This document shows, piece after piece, positions 8,903 through 16,959 of a DNA stretch of 57,270 bases. The notes beneath the pieces were generated by a model. It worked only from the letters and a program-made list of their open reading frames with translations. It was not told the origin of the DNA and ran no database searches. The stretch comes from a virus. Both the position numbers and the translations under genes were made by a program. Position 1 is the stretch's first letter, and every line of letters begins with the position of its first letter. The DNA is taken from the IMG/VR virus record IMGVR_UViG_3300037313_000882; one strand, written 5' to 3'.

Positions 8903-8944
8903 GTTTGATTTCTTCGATATTTATTCAAACAGTTGTTTGAGGCG

Positions 8945-9064
8945 TTACGCCTTCACCGGCTTCAGCTTGGCGCTCCCACACTTGGGGCAGCGATGGCGGG
9001 GGTCGAGGCTTTCATGGCGGCTGTTGAGGGTGTGGCCGCAGTCCTCGCAGGTGTAGCGGGCCAT
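8945..9064 (-). CDS. Zinc-ribbon protein (39 aa)
   Basis: MARYTCEDCGHTLNSRHESLDPRHRCPKCGSAKLKPVKA has CxxC...CxxC. ATGA overlap with the upstream ORF. Confidence 0.5.
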   Translation of the reverse strand: MARYTCEDCGHTLNSRHESLDPRHRCPKCGSAKLKPVKA

Positions 9065-9549
9065 CAGGCAGCTTCCTTGGCGCGCCGGCCGCTTTCCAAG
9101 GAGCGCCAATAGTCGATCCAAGGCGCGAGGGCGTTCTGAATCTCGGACATGTCGGGCTCTTTGGCGATCTGCGCGCGGACAAGTTCTGGCAGCGGCGATA
9201 GGTCGGCCGAGACAAGGCAATCGGACATCCCTCGGCGCTCTAGTTGCTCGGGATTGGGAAGGACCACGTCGCGCCACTTCGAAAGGAATGCGGCCATCTC
9301 ATCCGGCTCAAAGCCTTCGTTGACGGCGCGGCGGATGTGTCGCGATCGGGATGCAACGAACGGCGCGCCGAGGGCCGCGCTGACACAGCGAGCGATCAGT
9401 GTTTCCCGGCAATCCAACTGGAAGGAAAATTCGTCATTGACGACGGCATAAGCCCAATGCCGAAACAAGGGTGACGCGCCGCAGGTGCATGGCTCCGGCG
9501 CTTGTGCGGGCGCATTGTGCAGGGCGCAATCTGAAGCGTGTTCAGCCAT
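9064..9549 (-). CDS. Hypothetical protein (161 aa)
   Basis: ORF track. Confidence 0.55.
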   Translation of the reverse strand: MAEHASDCALHNAPAQAPEPCTCGASPLFRHWAYAVVNDEFSFQLDCRETLIARCVSAALGAPFVASRSRHIRRAVNEGFEPDEMAAFLSKWRDVVLPNPEQLERRGMSDCLVSADLSPLPELVRAQIAKEPDMSEIQNALAPWIDYWRSLESGRRAKEAA

Positions 9550-9554
9550 GGGTC

Positions 9555-9671
9555 TCAGCTCTGCCGGATGGGCTTGCCGTTCATCGTCTGCTGCGGGGCG
9601 TTGGGCTTTCCGGCAGGCGAGGTCTTGAAGTGGGTGACCGGGATCGGCTGGGGCTTGTTTGGGGATTTCAT
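9555..9671 (-). CDS. Small ORF (38 aa)
   Basis: ATGA overlap with the ORF at 9668..9883. Translation: MKSPNKPQPIPVTHFKTSPAGKPNAPQQTMNGKPIRQS. Confidence 0.25.
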   Translation of the reverse strand: MKSPNKPQPIPVTHFKTSPAGKPNAPQQTMNGKPIRQS

Positions 9672-9883
9672 TTCGTCTTGCCTTTCCCGAGAATCTTGTT
9701 GGCCTTCTGATCGATCTTGGACTTGGCCGAGGGCGATAGCTTTCCGGCCTTCTCCATCTGAGACGCGCGAGCCTTGGCGTTGGCGGCGTGAGACTCGTCG
9801 GGCATCGGATACGCCCGCTTGCCAGGCTCTCCGAACTTGCTCGCGGGCATCTGGCCGCGCTGCTTGGTGGTCAGCTTCGCCAT
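9668..9883 (-). CDS. Small basic protein (71 aa) with a KRAYPMPDESHAANAKARASQ motif
   Basis: Internal ATG of the track ORF 9668..9937. This motif type recurs in small phage and bacterial proteins. Confidence 0.5.
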   Translation of the reverse strand: MAKLTTKQRGQMPASKFGEPGKRAYPMPDESHAANAKARASQMEKAGKLSPSAKSKIDQKANKILGKGKTK

Positions 9884-10008
9884 CACTTGCCTCGCGGATG
9901 CTTGGGGACCTTGGACAGCCGAAGCTTGTCGCCGCACCGCTTCATGTCGTCGGTCGGCGTGCTGCCCGGAAACCTGTAGGGCGGCAGGGCTTTGGGCTTA
10001 TCGGCCAT
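9883..10008 (-). CDS. Small ORF (41 aa)
   Basis: MADKPKALPPYRFPGSTPTDDMKRCGDKLRLSKVPKHPRGK, with a TGATG junction to the next ORF. Confidence 0.25.
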   Translation of the reverse strand: MADKPKALPPYRFPGSTPTDDMKRCGDKLRLSKVPKHPRGK

Positions 10009-10050
10009 GCGCAAGACGGTAACATAGTACCGCTGCGGAGCCAAGGGGGC

Positions 10051-10077
10051 GGGGCGCTCCGGGAGGGGGAGCGCCCC
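10051..10077 (-). terminator. 10-bp GC-rich hairpin downstream of the ORF at 10111..10596
   Basis: GGGGCGCTCC, a 7-nt loop, then GGAGCGCCCC. There is no clear U tract. Confidence 0.35.
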
Positions 10078-10110
10078 GCGTTCAGCGCGTACTGTTGCGC
10101 CGTGGGAAAC

Positions 10111-10596
10111 CTAGGCGCTCAGCAGGCGCACCCAGGCACCGGCGACATCATCGCCAGTGCCGGAAACACAGTAGAAGAGACCCGACAGGCCGGCAGCCTG
10201 CGCGACCCCAGTGCCGTAAGCCACCCCATTGATTGTCGAGGTGCCGCCCCCGAAAATCTGAATCGACTGGGCCGAGTCCTGGTTCGAGATGAAGCACCAC
10301 TTGCCAGCGATGGCAGCGGGCAGCTTCACGCTGTCGGCGTTGGTGCCCACGATGGTCACGTTTGAGACGCCGTAGTCGAGCTGATAAGCGCTCGCCGCGC
10401 CGCCGCCGGCATGGGCCGTAATGCCAGTCGCCACGTCCGCAGCCTGGCCGATGAGGCCCAGCGGCACCGCAAGCGATTGAGGGGTCGCCCCGTTGGGGTT
10501 CTGCGTGTCCGCGGGGAGCAGCGTGCTCGAATCAATGTCGGCAGCGGTCGCAATCGTGACGCCATTGGTCCAGAAGCCGCCTTGTCCGGTAGCCAT
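10111..10596 (-). CDS. Fibre-knob-like structural protein (161 aa)
   Basis: Its C-terminus (VKLPAAIAGKWCFISNQ...GAWVRLLSA) resembles the C-termini of the ORF at 11371..11931 and the fibre at 49966..51552. Confidence 0.55.
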   Translation of the reverse strand: MATGQGGFWTNGVTIATAADIDSSTLLPADTQNPNGATPQSLAVPLGLIGQAADVATGITAHAGGGAASAYQLDYGVSNVTIVGTNADSVKLPAAIAGKWCFISNQDSAQSIQIFGGGTSTINGVAYGTGVAQAAGLSGLFYCVSGTGDDVAGAWVRLLSA

Positions 10597-10607
10597 GTTC
10601 AGTTCTC

Positions 10608-11369
10608 CTAGCTTCCGGTCTTGCCGGGGTTGAAACGGGAGGGGTCCATAAGGACTTCGGGGGCGAGCGCTTTCAGGACGGCCCCAATCATTCCCGGACC
10701 CTCCACGCTCACGAAATAGTCGCCCAGACGGAGCTGGTGGACGGCGTCCTGGGCCTCAAGCGCCCAAGTGCCCGTCGTGCGGAACGGCTGATCGCCCACC
10801 CACACCGTCACCGGATCGCCGTGATGCGGCTGCGGGTTCGCGTGGTCCTTGCCGTCGAGATAGCAGCCGTCCCAGCCCCATAGCCGGAAGTGCTGATAGC
10901 CCATCCGTCGGAAAAGGCTCATGGCGGTGAGCGTGATGCTCGTGGCCGTGGGGACCGCCCAGGGATGGCCATCCGTGTCGTCAATGTGCCATAGGCGCAC
11001 GTCCCGGCGCTTCAGGGCGTTGAACACGGACTTGTGGCACTTGGAGGCCACCAGATAGACCGTCTCGGCGGGGGCCTGCTTGACGAAATTCACCATCAGG
11101 GGCTGAGGATCGCAGCCGGCCCAGAACGTGGGCGCAAGCCCCTTCTCGGTGAAGACCTTCAGGGCGCCGTTCAGGGCGCAGGTCAGGCCTTCCAGGGGCG
11201 CATCCAGGGCGCTCGGACCGTTGGCGATGATGTTGACCACATCGTCGCGCAGACGGCCCTCGTGGACCTCCACGAGCCCTTGACGGGTCGACCAGGCAAC
11301 GTGCGAGCGCAGGCCTCGCTGATCCAGCGGGGTCTTGACCTCGAACTCGATGGTCGGGAGGTCGGTCAC
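10608..11369 (-). CDS. DUF115 / Maf (MptE-like) family protein, putative glycosyl-transfer enzyme
   Basis: 253 aa (GTG start). IANGPSAL...ALNGA...FWAGCDPQP...VYLVASKCH matches the GxGPS(L) and D-P-Q pattern of MAF_flag10/DUF115 proteins, recalled from memory. Confidence 0.5.
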   Translation of the reverse strand: MTDLPTIEFEVKTPLDQRGLRSHVAWSTRQGLVEVHEGRLRDDVVNIIANGPSALDAPLEGLTCALNGALKVFTEKGLAPTFWAGCDPQPLMVNFVKQAPAETVYLVASKCHKSVFNALKRRDVRLWHIDDTDGHPWAVPTATSITLTAMSLFRRMGYQHFRLWGWDGCYLDGKDHANPQPHHGDPVTVWVGDQPFRTTGTWALEAQDAVHQLRLGDYFVSVEGPGMIGAVLKALAPEVLMDPSRFNPGKTGS

Positions 11370-11370
11370 G

Positions 11371-11931
11371 CTACGCCCCGATAATCACGCGCCACGTTGT
11401 CGCGTCCTGCGCAACGTAGATTGCCCCCTTGTTGGTCGCGATGGCCGCGCCAACAGCGTTGGTGGAGGCGGCTCCGATCTTGTCGTTGGTCGCAGGGTAG
11501 ACCTTTGCGGCCGTCCCGGCGCCGTTGTTGATCTGCACGGTTTTCCCCGTGGCGGCGGTCGGCAGACGCACAGCACGCGTGGTCGCCGACACCGTCGTGA
11601 TGATGACGAGCGAATTGGTGATCGGCGTGGCGTTCGCCTGGCTGTTGGAGCCGGCCGCCGCCGCGATCTGCACGCCCTGGGTCAGCACGCCCGAGCGCGT
11701 GAGAGTGGTGACCGAGGTCGCGGCCAGAGTCGAAGTGCTGGAGGCGTTGAGGGTAGTGACGGAGGCCGTTGAGGGGGTCGTGGCCCCGACCGTGCCGTTG
11801 AACGCGCCCGTATAGGCGCCAGTCGTTCCGCCAGCCGCCTGGCTGATCAGGGTGTTCACCGCATTGATGAGCGGATTGAACCATTCCCCGGCCATCAGCC
11901 GGAAACCAGTCTGGAAGAGGCTAACGGCCAT
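11371..11931 (-). CDS. Ser/Thr/Ala-rich fibre-like protein (186 aa)
   Basis: Start chosen at MAVSLFQTGF with a GGAGA RBS. It has an S/T-rich middle and a C-terminal knob motif VRLPTAATGKTVQINN...TTWRVIIGA. Confidence 0.55.
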   Translation of the reverse strand: MAVSLFQTGFRLMAGEWFNPLINAVNTLISQAAGGTTGAYTGAFNGTVGATTPSTASVTTLNASSTSTLAATSVTTLTRSGVLTQGVQIAAAAGSNSQANATPITNSLVIITTVSATTRAVRLPTAATGKTVQINNGAGTAAKVYPATNDKIGAASTNAVGAAIATNKGAIYVAQDATTWRVIIGA

Positions 11932-12032
11932 CGTTTCAATCTCCACGGGGAGCATCCCCGCTGGACGCCTCGCGCCCTAGGATTGGCTCCGATGTGGTAT
12001 CACAGTACCAAAAGTGGACGGCTTTTCAATTC

Positions 12033-12323
12033 CTATTTGACAGATAGGTTTTGAACTATCGCACGATTTCCATGGCGAAGGCCGACGGTATCGTCCGGAT
12101 CGACCGATAGCGCATCCACGATGATGTTCGTCACCCCCGCGACGTCTCCAGAAGGGACGCGGTACTCCGTTACCGTCTGCGCCGAGGCGTTCTGGTTGTT
12201 CACCGTGGCCTTGAGGATCAGCCATACGCCGCTCGTGGGCGCCATGACGTCGCTACCCGTGGTGAGGATCTGGGTGTCTGCTGTTCCGAAAGCGCTTACA
12301 TTCATGTCCGCAAATCCTGACAA
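12033..12323 (-). CDS. Hypothetical protein in the fibre cluster (96 aa)
   Basis: ORF track. Confidence 0.45.
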   Translation of the reverse strand: MSGFADMNVSAFGTADTQILTTGSDVMAPTSGVWLILKATVNNQNASAQTVTEYRVPSGDVAGVTNIIVDALSVDPDDTVGLRHGNRAIVQNLSVK

Positions 12324-12341
12324 TTGGCCCTTGCTTTTACC

Positions 12342-13820
12342 TTAGCCGTATCCATACAGACTGGCGATTGAACCATTTACCCATAGTCCAACAGACGGAA
12401 AAATCAATATATCGGTTACTGCTGCCGTATTCTTCCAAAACCCCGAACACACTTGCTGTGTGGACACTACAGCGCCGCTGTCCCATATCATCCCCGTCGA
12501 GGAGAACGATTTAAAGAACGTCGTATTGGTGTAATCGTATATGGTGATGTCGTTGGAGCTAGGGTAATTTGCAGTTGCTGTGCTGGCGGTGACGGAGCCA
12601 ACTTCCAAGGAATTCGCCGGGCCGGCCGCGACGCCGAAGCGATTCTGCCGCTGGGACGTGTAGTTGTTGCCTGTGTCGGAATTGAATTGCACTTCTACAT
12701 TGGCTGTGGTCGCGGCGGTGTTGCTCTTCCCCGAGATAATTAGAAGGAGATGCTTGTACGATCCCGGGATGCTGGTGAATGCCATTGATGCCGGCGTTCC
12801 AGACGCGATCACCTCGCCAATTTTGGTCACCCCGGCGCCGCTGCTCGGCGTGGCCCAGGTTCCATCCCCCCTCCAGAAGGTGGAGGAGGACGCGCTCGTC
12901 CCACTATTGAGGTTGGTGACCGGGAGATTTCCGGTCACGTCGGCCGAGAGACTCACCGCAGCCCAGGACGGATTTCCGGACGCATTCCCGTGGAGAAGCG
13001 TCGTCGTCGTGCCTTGGTTGGCGAAATCCGAGGACGCCAAGACCGCTGCCGCACCGGCCGTCACCTGCCCCTTGGCGTTGTAAGTGATCTTGAGGTTGGT
13101 GGCGGCCGTTACGATGTTGGGAAGCGTGAGCGCGGTCGCCACGTTGGCGGACCCATCTACCGAGCCGCTTCCCGTCGCATCGCCCGTGAAGCTCAACGTT
13201 CGCGCCGTTGTCCATTTGGGAGCCGAGGCGATAGCGACGCTGCTGGCCGCAGTGACGAGCCCCTTAGCGTTGACGGTAAAGGCGCCGACATGGGTTCCGT
13301 CACCGAACGATCCCACATTGGCGTTCACGGTCGCGAGGGTGGTGGCCAATCCGCCGGATGTGGTGATGTCCCCGGAGAGGTCGCCATTGGTAATGGACGC
13401 GGCGCCGCTGAATTTCGTTAGGTTCCCCGAGGCTGGCGATCCGGTCGTCGTGACAGTTCCGCTCCCTCCGCCGTTCGCGGCAGCCGTGATGCGGCCCTGG
13501 GGATCTATCGTGAGGTTCGCGCTCGTATAGGACCCTGGCGTGACGGTCGTATCCGCGAGATCGATCGTACCGGAGCTGGTGATAGTTCCGCCATTCAGGC
13601 CCGTTCCGGCTGTGATCGATGTGACTGTGCCTCCGCCTCCAGGCGTCGCCCACGTCCCGTCCCCGCGCCAGAAGGTCGATGCGCTGGCCCCCGCACCTCC
13701 ATCGAGGTTGGTGGTCGGCAGGTTCCCGGTAACCTCGGAGGTCGACAGATCGACAGGGCCGAGATTCGTCCAACCTTCGGTGTTTGTGTGGGGGATGAGG
13801 TGAGTGGAGGGAATTGACAC
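12342..13820 (-). CDS. Tail fibre protein (492 aa)
   Basis: Two copies of GNLP(T/V)TNL..G..AS.STFWRGDGTWATP, a motif typical of phage fibres. Gly/Thr/Ser-rich shaft. Confidence 0.7.
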   Translation of the reverse strand: MSIPSTHLIPHTNTEGWTNLGPVDLSTSEVTGNLPTTNLDGGAGASASTFWRGDGTWATPGGGGTVTSITAGTGLNGGTITSSGTIDLADTTVTPGSYTSANLTIDPQGRITAAANGGGSGTVTTTGSPASGNLTKFSGAASITNGDLSGDITTSGGLATTLATVNANVGSFGDGTHVGAFTVNAKGLVTAASSVAIASAPKWTTARTLSFTGDATGSGSVDGSANVATALTLPNIVTAATNLKITYNAKGQVTAGAAAVLASSDFANQGTTTTLLHGNASGNPSWAAVSLSADVTGNLPVTNLNSGTSASSSTFWRGDGTWATPSSGAGVTKIGEVIASGTPASMAFTSIPGSYKHLLLIISGKSNTAATTANVEVQFNSDTGNNYTSQRQNRFGVAAGPANSLEVGSVTASTATANYPSSNDITIYDYTNTTFFKSFSSTGMIWDSGAVVSTQQVCSGFWKNTAAVTDILIFPSVGLWVNGSIASLYGYG

Positions 13821-13830
13821 GCGTCTTCGG

Positions 13831-14544
13831 CTATGGGGAGCCGCTCGAAATGGTCAGAATGCCAAGATTGGACCAGACTTGACCCGCGACGCCCGGATCA
13901 GAGGTGGGGATGTTTTCAATCGTCCAAGGGCCGGTTCCTTGATCAAACACCAAGCCGCCCGAGCCACCTTGAAGTCTGACCTTCTTTCCTGGCGACGTAA
14001 CGGCGGTCGTGAGAGTAATGTCCCGGGTATCGTAAGTCCCCGAGAAATTATTGCCGGCATAGTACAAATCAAGCGCAAATTGGGTGCCGTCCCACACGAG
14101 GGAGACGGAGGCGCTCAAGAAATCCAAGATGATCGTGTCATATCCATAGACACCATAGTAGGACAGGGCTTCCTGGAAGAATGGCGCGCCATCACTCCCA
14201 TTAATGGTGACCCGAACGCTATCTCCTGGATCGGTGAGCGCCACGAGAACGAAAGTCACGCGCTGGGCGATATTCTCGGCGTTGTAGTACGTCCCGATGT
14301 TGAACGGCGGGATGGTGAGATTGATCACCTCCTCCGCCCCCGTGCCTCCAGTCGTGATGTAGACCAGTTTGGCGTCGTAGTTGACGTCCACGGGAGAGGC
14401 GCCGGTCGTGACCGCGGTTGCGGCAGTTCCCCGAACGGCCGCCATCGTCTGCCGGACGCTTGTGGCGGACTGGACGCTCTCGAAAGGATCGCTCAGCGTC
14501 GGCGTGACGCCGGGGGGAAGATTTGGAATCGTGACATTGGCCAT
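13831..14544 (-). CDS. Fibre or receptor-binding-like protein (237 aa)
   Basis: ORF track. The C-terminal PGVAGQVWSNLGILTISSG resembles fibre C-terminal motifs. Confidence 0.6.
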   Translation of the reverse strand: MANVTIPNLPPGVTPTLSDPFESVQSATSVRQTMAAVRGTAATAVTTGASPVDVNYDAKLVYITTGGTGAEEVINLTIPPFNIGTYYNAENIAQRVTFVLVALTDPGDSVRVTINGSDGAPFFQEALSYYGVYGYDTIILDFLSASVSLVWDGTQFALDLYYAGNNFSGTYDTRDITLTTAVTSPGKKVRLQGGSGGLVFDQGTGPWTIENIPTSDPGVAGQVWSNLGILTISSGSP

Positions 14545-14691
14545 CTAGCTCTCCGTTACCCGAGTGTCGCCGGCCATGGTCGTGCGCGTATCTCCACCCT
14601 CAGTCACTCGGGTCCCCGACGCAGGCGGCTCTGGCGCGGGTGCGCTCAAGGCAGACGCGACAGGAGACAGCGCTGTATGAAGTAGCGCCAT
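14545..14691 (-). CDS. Small ORF with TRVTE/GDTR repeats (48 aa)
   Basis: MALLHTALSPVASALSAPAPEPPASGTRVTEGGDTRTTMAGDTRVTES. Only its own TAG separates it from the fibre-like ORF at 13831..14544. Confidence 0.3.
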   Translation of the reverse strand: MALLHTALSPVASALSAPAPEPPASGTRVTEGGDTRTTMAGDTRVTES

Positions 14692-15218
14692 CAGGTGAAG
14701 TTCCCGATGCCGATAGCCGATACGTTCGCGCCCGTCGTCAGCTTCCAGGCGCCGGAAGCGGACTTCGCCCCGATCTGAACGAAGAACGGGATCAGCGTGG
14801 AAACGGACGAAGCGCCGCCGACGAAGATCGGAATGCTCGTGGCGTTGTCGAGGAGCGTTACAGCGCCTGGCGACGTCGTCGCCGGAATGATCAGGACACC
14901 AGAGAGATAGTCGCCCGTAGCGCCGGTTCCTCCCAGAACCTGTGCCGTCTGGCTTGCGGCGACCGTCTCGTACTCGGCGTTGACGAGAGACAGGAGGCCT
15001 TTGAAAAGGGCGATCAGGGTAGCCGTGGCGGCGGGATTGAAAACCGCTGTGTCGGCCCTCGCGCCCAGCGCCACGTCCGCGCCATCCGCGACACTGACCG
15101 GGCCGCCATCGCCAGCTCCCCCGACGATGTTGATGGAACCGTCAGCATTCGGCTTGATCACGTGAGCGGGACTGCCGGGGTCAGCAACCGCGACCTTGGT
15201 GGAAACGCCCTGCGTCAT
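14691..15218 (-). CDS. Ala/Gly/Ser-rich structural protein (175 aa)
   Basis: ORF track. It is the first gene after the promoter at 15248..15275. Confidence 0.55.
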   Translation of the reverse strand: MTQGVSTKVAVADPGSPAHVIKPNADGSINIVGGAGDGGPVSVADGADVALGARADTAVFNPAATATLIALFKGLLSLVNAEYETVAASQTAQVLGGTGATGDYLSGVLIIPATTSPGAVTLLDNATSIPIFVGGASSVSTLIPFFVQIGAKSASGAWKLTTGANVSAIGIGNFT

Positions 15219-15247
15219 GCGGTTTAATCCCTATCCATCTTGTATGG

Positions 15248-15275
15248 ATTATGGACGAAGCATCGCTTTTATCAA
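15248..15275 (-). promoter_or_regulatory. Sigma70-like promoter (TTGATA-N16-CATAAT) for the fibre cluster
   Basis: The minus strand reads TTGATA (15275-15270), a 16-nt spacer, then CATAAT (15253-15248). Small hairpins flank it. Confidence 0.4.
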
Positions 15276-15289
15276 GCGGCGAGTTAGGG

Positions 15290-15574
15290 CTAGGCCGTCT
15301 CCAGCATCTTGCGGATCATGGCGTGGAAGGCGTCGACGAGACCGTTGATGCGCGGATTTGTTGCCCAGCCCGCGTCGATCACCTCTTCCGGCCATGGGGT
15401 GGTGAGGAGGGCTTGGAGGGCGTCAGTGGCGAGTGCAATGAACTCGTCGCGATGCTTGAACCATTCGCTCTCGCGAAACTGCTCGTCGGTCGCCAGCGCC
15501 TTCGTATGTTCGAACCATCTGTCGAACATCGCCCTTGCCATGGCTTCCAGGGGATCGGGGGTCTCAGGCATCAT
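15290..15574 (-). CDS. Hypothetical protein (94 aa)
   Basis: ORF track. Confidence 0.55.
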   Translation of the reverse strand: MMPETPDPLEAMARAMFDRWFEHTKALATDEQFRESEWFKHRDEFIALATDALQALLTTPWPEEVIDAGWATNPRINGLVDAFHAMIRKMLETA

Positions 15575-15794
15575 CCCCTCCTTCGATCTGGGTGGTGGGG
15601 GCGGTCGGAAGCGGCATCCAGTGAGTGGGCTCGCAGATGTCGAAGTCCTCGACGCCCTGGTCTGCTAGGCAGAAGCCATAGAGCGGCACATGCGAGGTCT
15701 TGCCCCACGCGACCACGCGCACGTCACCGTCCACGGAGGCCAGGAAGTGCGTCCCATCCTTCGGCGCGGTCTCGATAGGCTGCCATTCGCTCAC
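15564..15794 (-). CDS. DUF551-like protein (76 aa, GTG start)
   Basis: VSEWQPIETAPKDGTHFLASVDGDVRVVAWGK...THWMPLP fits the W..I...P.DG pattern of DUF551. GTGA overlap with the upstream ORF. Confidence 0.45.
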   Translation of the reverse strand: MSEWQPIETAPKDGTHFLASVDGDVRVVAWGKTSHVPLYGFCLADQGVEDFDICEPTHWMPLPTAPTTQIEGGDDA

Positions 15795-16411
15795 GGGTGG
15801 TCTCCTTCCGGGTTGGCGAGAGCACGAAGAGCTGTCGCCGAGATCATTTCGGCCCCGCCGTCCCATAAGTCTTCCGAGTACAGGTGCGGCGGCGAGATTA
15901 GGGTCTGCACCTGACCGCTGCGCTGGGCGATCTCAGCGGCCTCCAAGCGGTCCACATAGCGGCCTGCGGAGGTCACAAAACCCTGGTCGTGAGTGAGCTG
16001 AGAGGGAACGCTGAGGACGCTCAGCCACCACAGGATGTTGTGATGCCGGTTCGGCCTCGGGAGCGTGAACACAGCCTCGCCGATGCGGATCGCCGCTTGC
16101 CCAACACGCTCGGCCTCGGGGATGGCGTGGGCTACTGCACCACGTCCACTCGCTGAACGGTCCTGAGAGCCCTGGGATGAACCATCTTTCTTCGGCATCG
16201 AGTGCGACCGCACGTCGATGTCCTCCTCCCCTCCCCTATCAAGGGAGGCTGGAAGGAGGGCGAGCACGGCGTTCGCACCTGCGATGGCGCGCTCCCATAC
16301 CCACGATCGGTTCCGGCGGGCTGCTGCGATCGCAGCCTCGGTTTCCTGCAGCGTGACGCGCATGATTTCAGCCGCCGCCTTCTCCCTTAGCTCTTGATCG
16401 GTGTCGCTCAT
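15791..16411 (-). CDS. Hypothetical protein (206 aa)
   Basis: Start at MSDTDQ with an ATGA overlap. The C-terminal RHHNILWWL...GFVTSAGRYVDRLEAAEIA...LYSEDLW looks like a conserved phage module. Confidence 0.55.
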   Translation of the reverse strand: MSDTDQELREKAAAEIMRVTLQETEAAIAAARRNRSWVWERAIAGANAVLALLPASLDRGGEEDIDVRSHSMPKKDGSSQGSQDRSASGRGAVAHAIPEAERVGQAAIRIGEAVFTLPRPNRHHNILWWLSVLSVPSQLTHDQGFVTSAGRYVDRLEAAEIAQRSGQVQTLISPPHLYSEDLWDGGAEMISATALRALANPEGDHP

Positions 16412-16584
16412 GCTGTCTGGTCCCATCGCTCGTTCAGAGCCTCGCAGGCCTCAAGAGCCGTCAGAGCATCGACGCCCTTGCTAAACACGCAGATGCCGTT
16501 GGGCTTTCTGATGTTGTGCTTTCCGGGCGTGACCGCGTTGTCCGGCGGCACGACCGCGAAGGGCCACGTCCTGGCGTGTTTCAC
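16408..16584 (-). CDS. Small protein (58 aa, GTG start)
   Basis: GGAGAGG RBS and a GTGA overlap. Translation: VKHARTWPFAVVPPDNAVTPGKHNIRKPNGICVFSKGVDALTALEACEALNERWDQTA. Confidence 0.4.
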   Translation of the reverse strand: MKHARTWPFAVVPPDNAVTPGKHNIRKPNGICVFSKGVDALTALEACEALNERWDQTA

Positions 16585-16727
16585 GAAGTCCTCTCCCTCT
16601 GCCAGAAGGCCACGAACAGAAGCTGGTTCGGGTCGTAGACGACCGCGACAAGCCGCCAGTTCGAGTCGTCCGGACGATGGATCTTGTCGGCGTAGCGGCC
16701 GGTCGTGGTGGTGGTTTCGTAGGTCAT
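16581..16727 (-). CDS. Small protein (48 aa)
   Basis: ATGA overlap. Translation: MTYETTTTTGRYADKIHRPDDSNWRLVAVVYDPNQLLFVAFWQRERTS. Confidence 0.35.
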   Translation of the reverse strand: MTYETTTTTGRYADKIHRPDDSNWRLVAVVYDPNQLLFVAFWQRERTS

Positions 16728-16927
16728 GCGGCATCCTTCGAAGGCTTGCCAGGACGCGTCTGAAGGACTTCCAAGACCAAGCGCGCCGTCTCGATTTCGC
16801 CGACTTCCGCTACGCAGAGCCGCAAGGCATTCGTAAGCAAAAGCCGCGACGCGCAATCTCGATTTTGCGTCTCTGCCGTGTAGCGTCTAAGTCCGATGGA
16901 CGCGAGGCGAACATATCCGTCGATCAT
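16724..16927 (-). CDS. Small protein (67 aa)
   Basis: ORF track. It is the first gene after the iteron spacer. Confidence 0.4.
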   Translation of the reverse strand: MIDGYVRLASIGLRRYTAETQNRDCASRLLLTNALRLCVAEVGEIETARLVLEVLQTRPGKPSKDAA

Positions 16928-16959
16928 TGGACAGTCTCGCGCGCGGGTTTAGCACCGAT

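Noticed and set aside
8903-8944. AT-rich spacer with the CAAACA-AC-TGTTTG palindrome upstream of terS as a pac site or promoter
   Set aside because: It is plausible, but I could not build a convincing -35/-10 pair or any repeat structure. Evidence is insufficient to call a feature.
12342-13820. Possible diversity-generating retroelement or CRISPR-like repeats in fibre genes (also 49966..51552)
   Set aside because: The repeats are protein-level motif repeats and are diverged at the DNA level. No reverse transcriptase, template repeat or regularly spaced identical repeats exist anywhere in the window.
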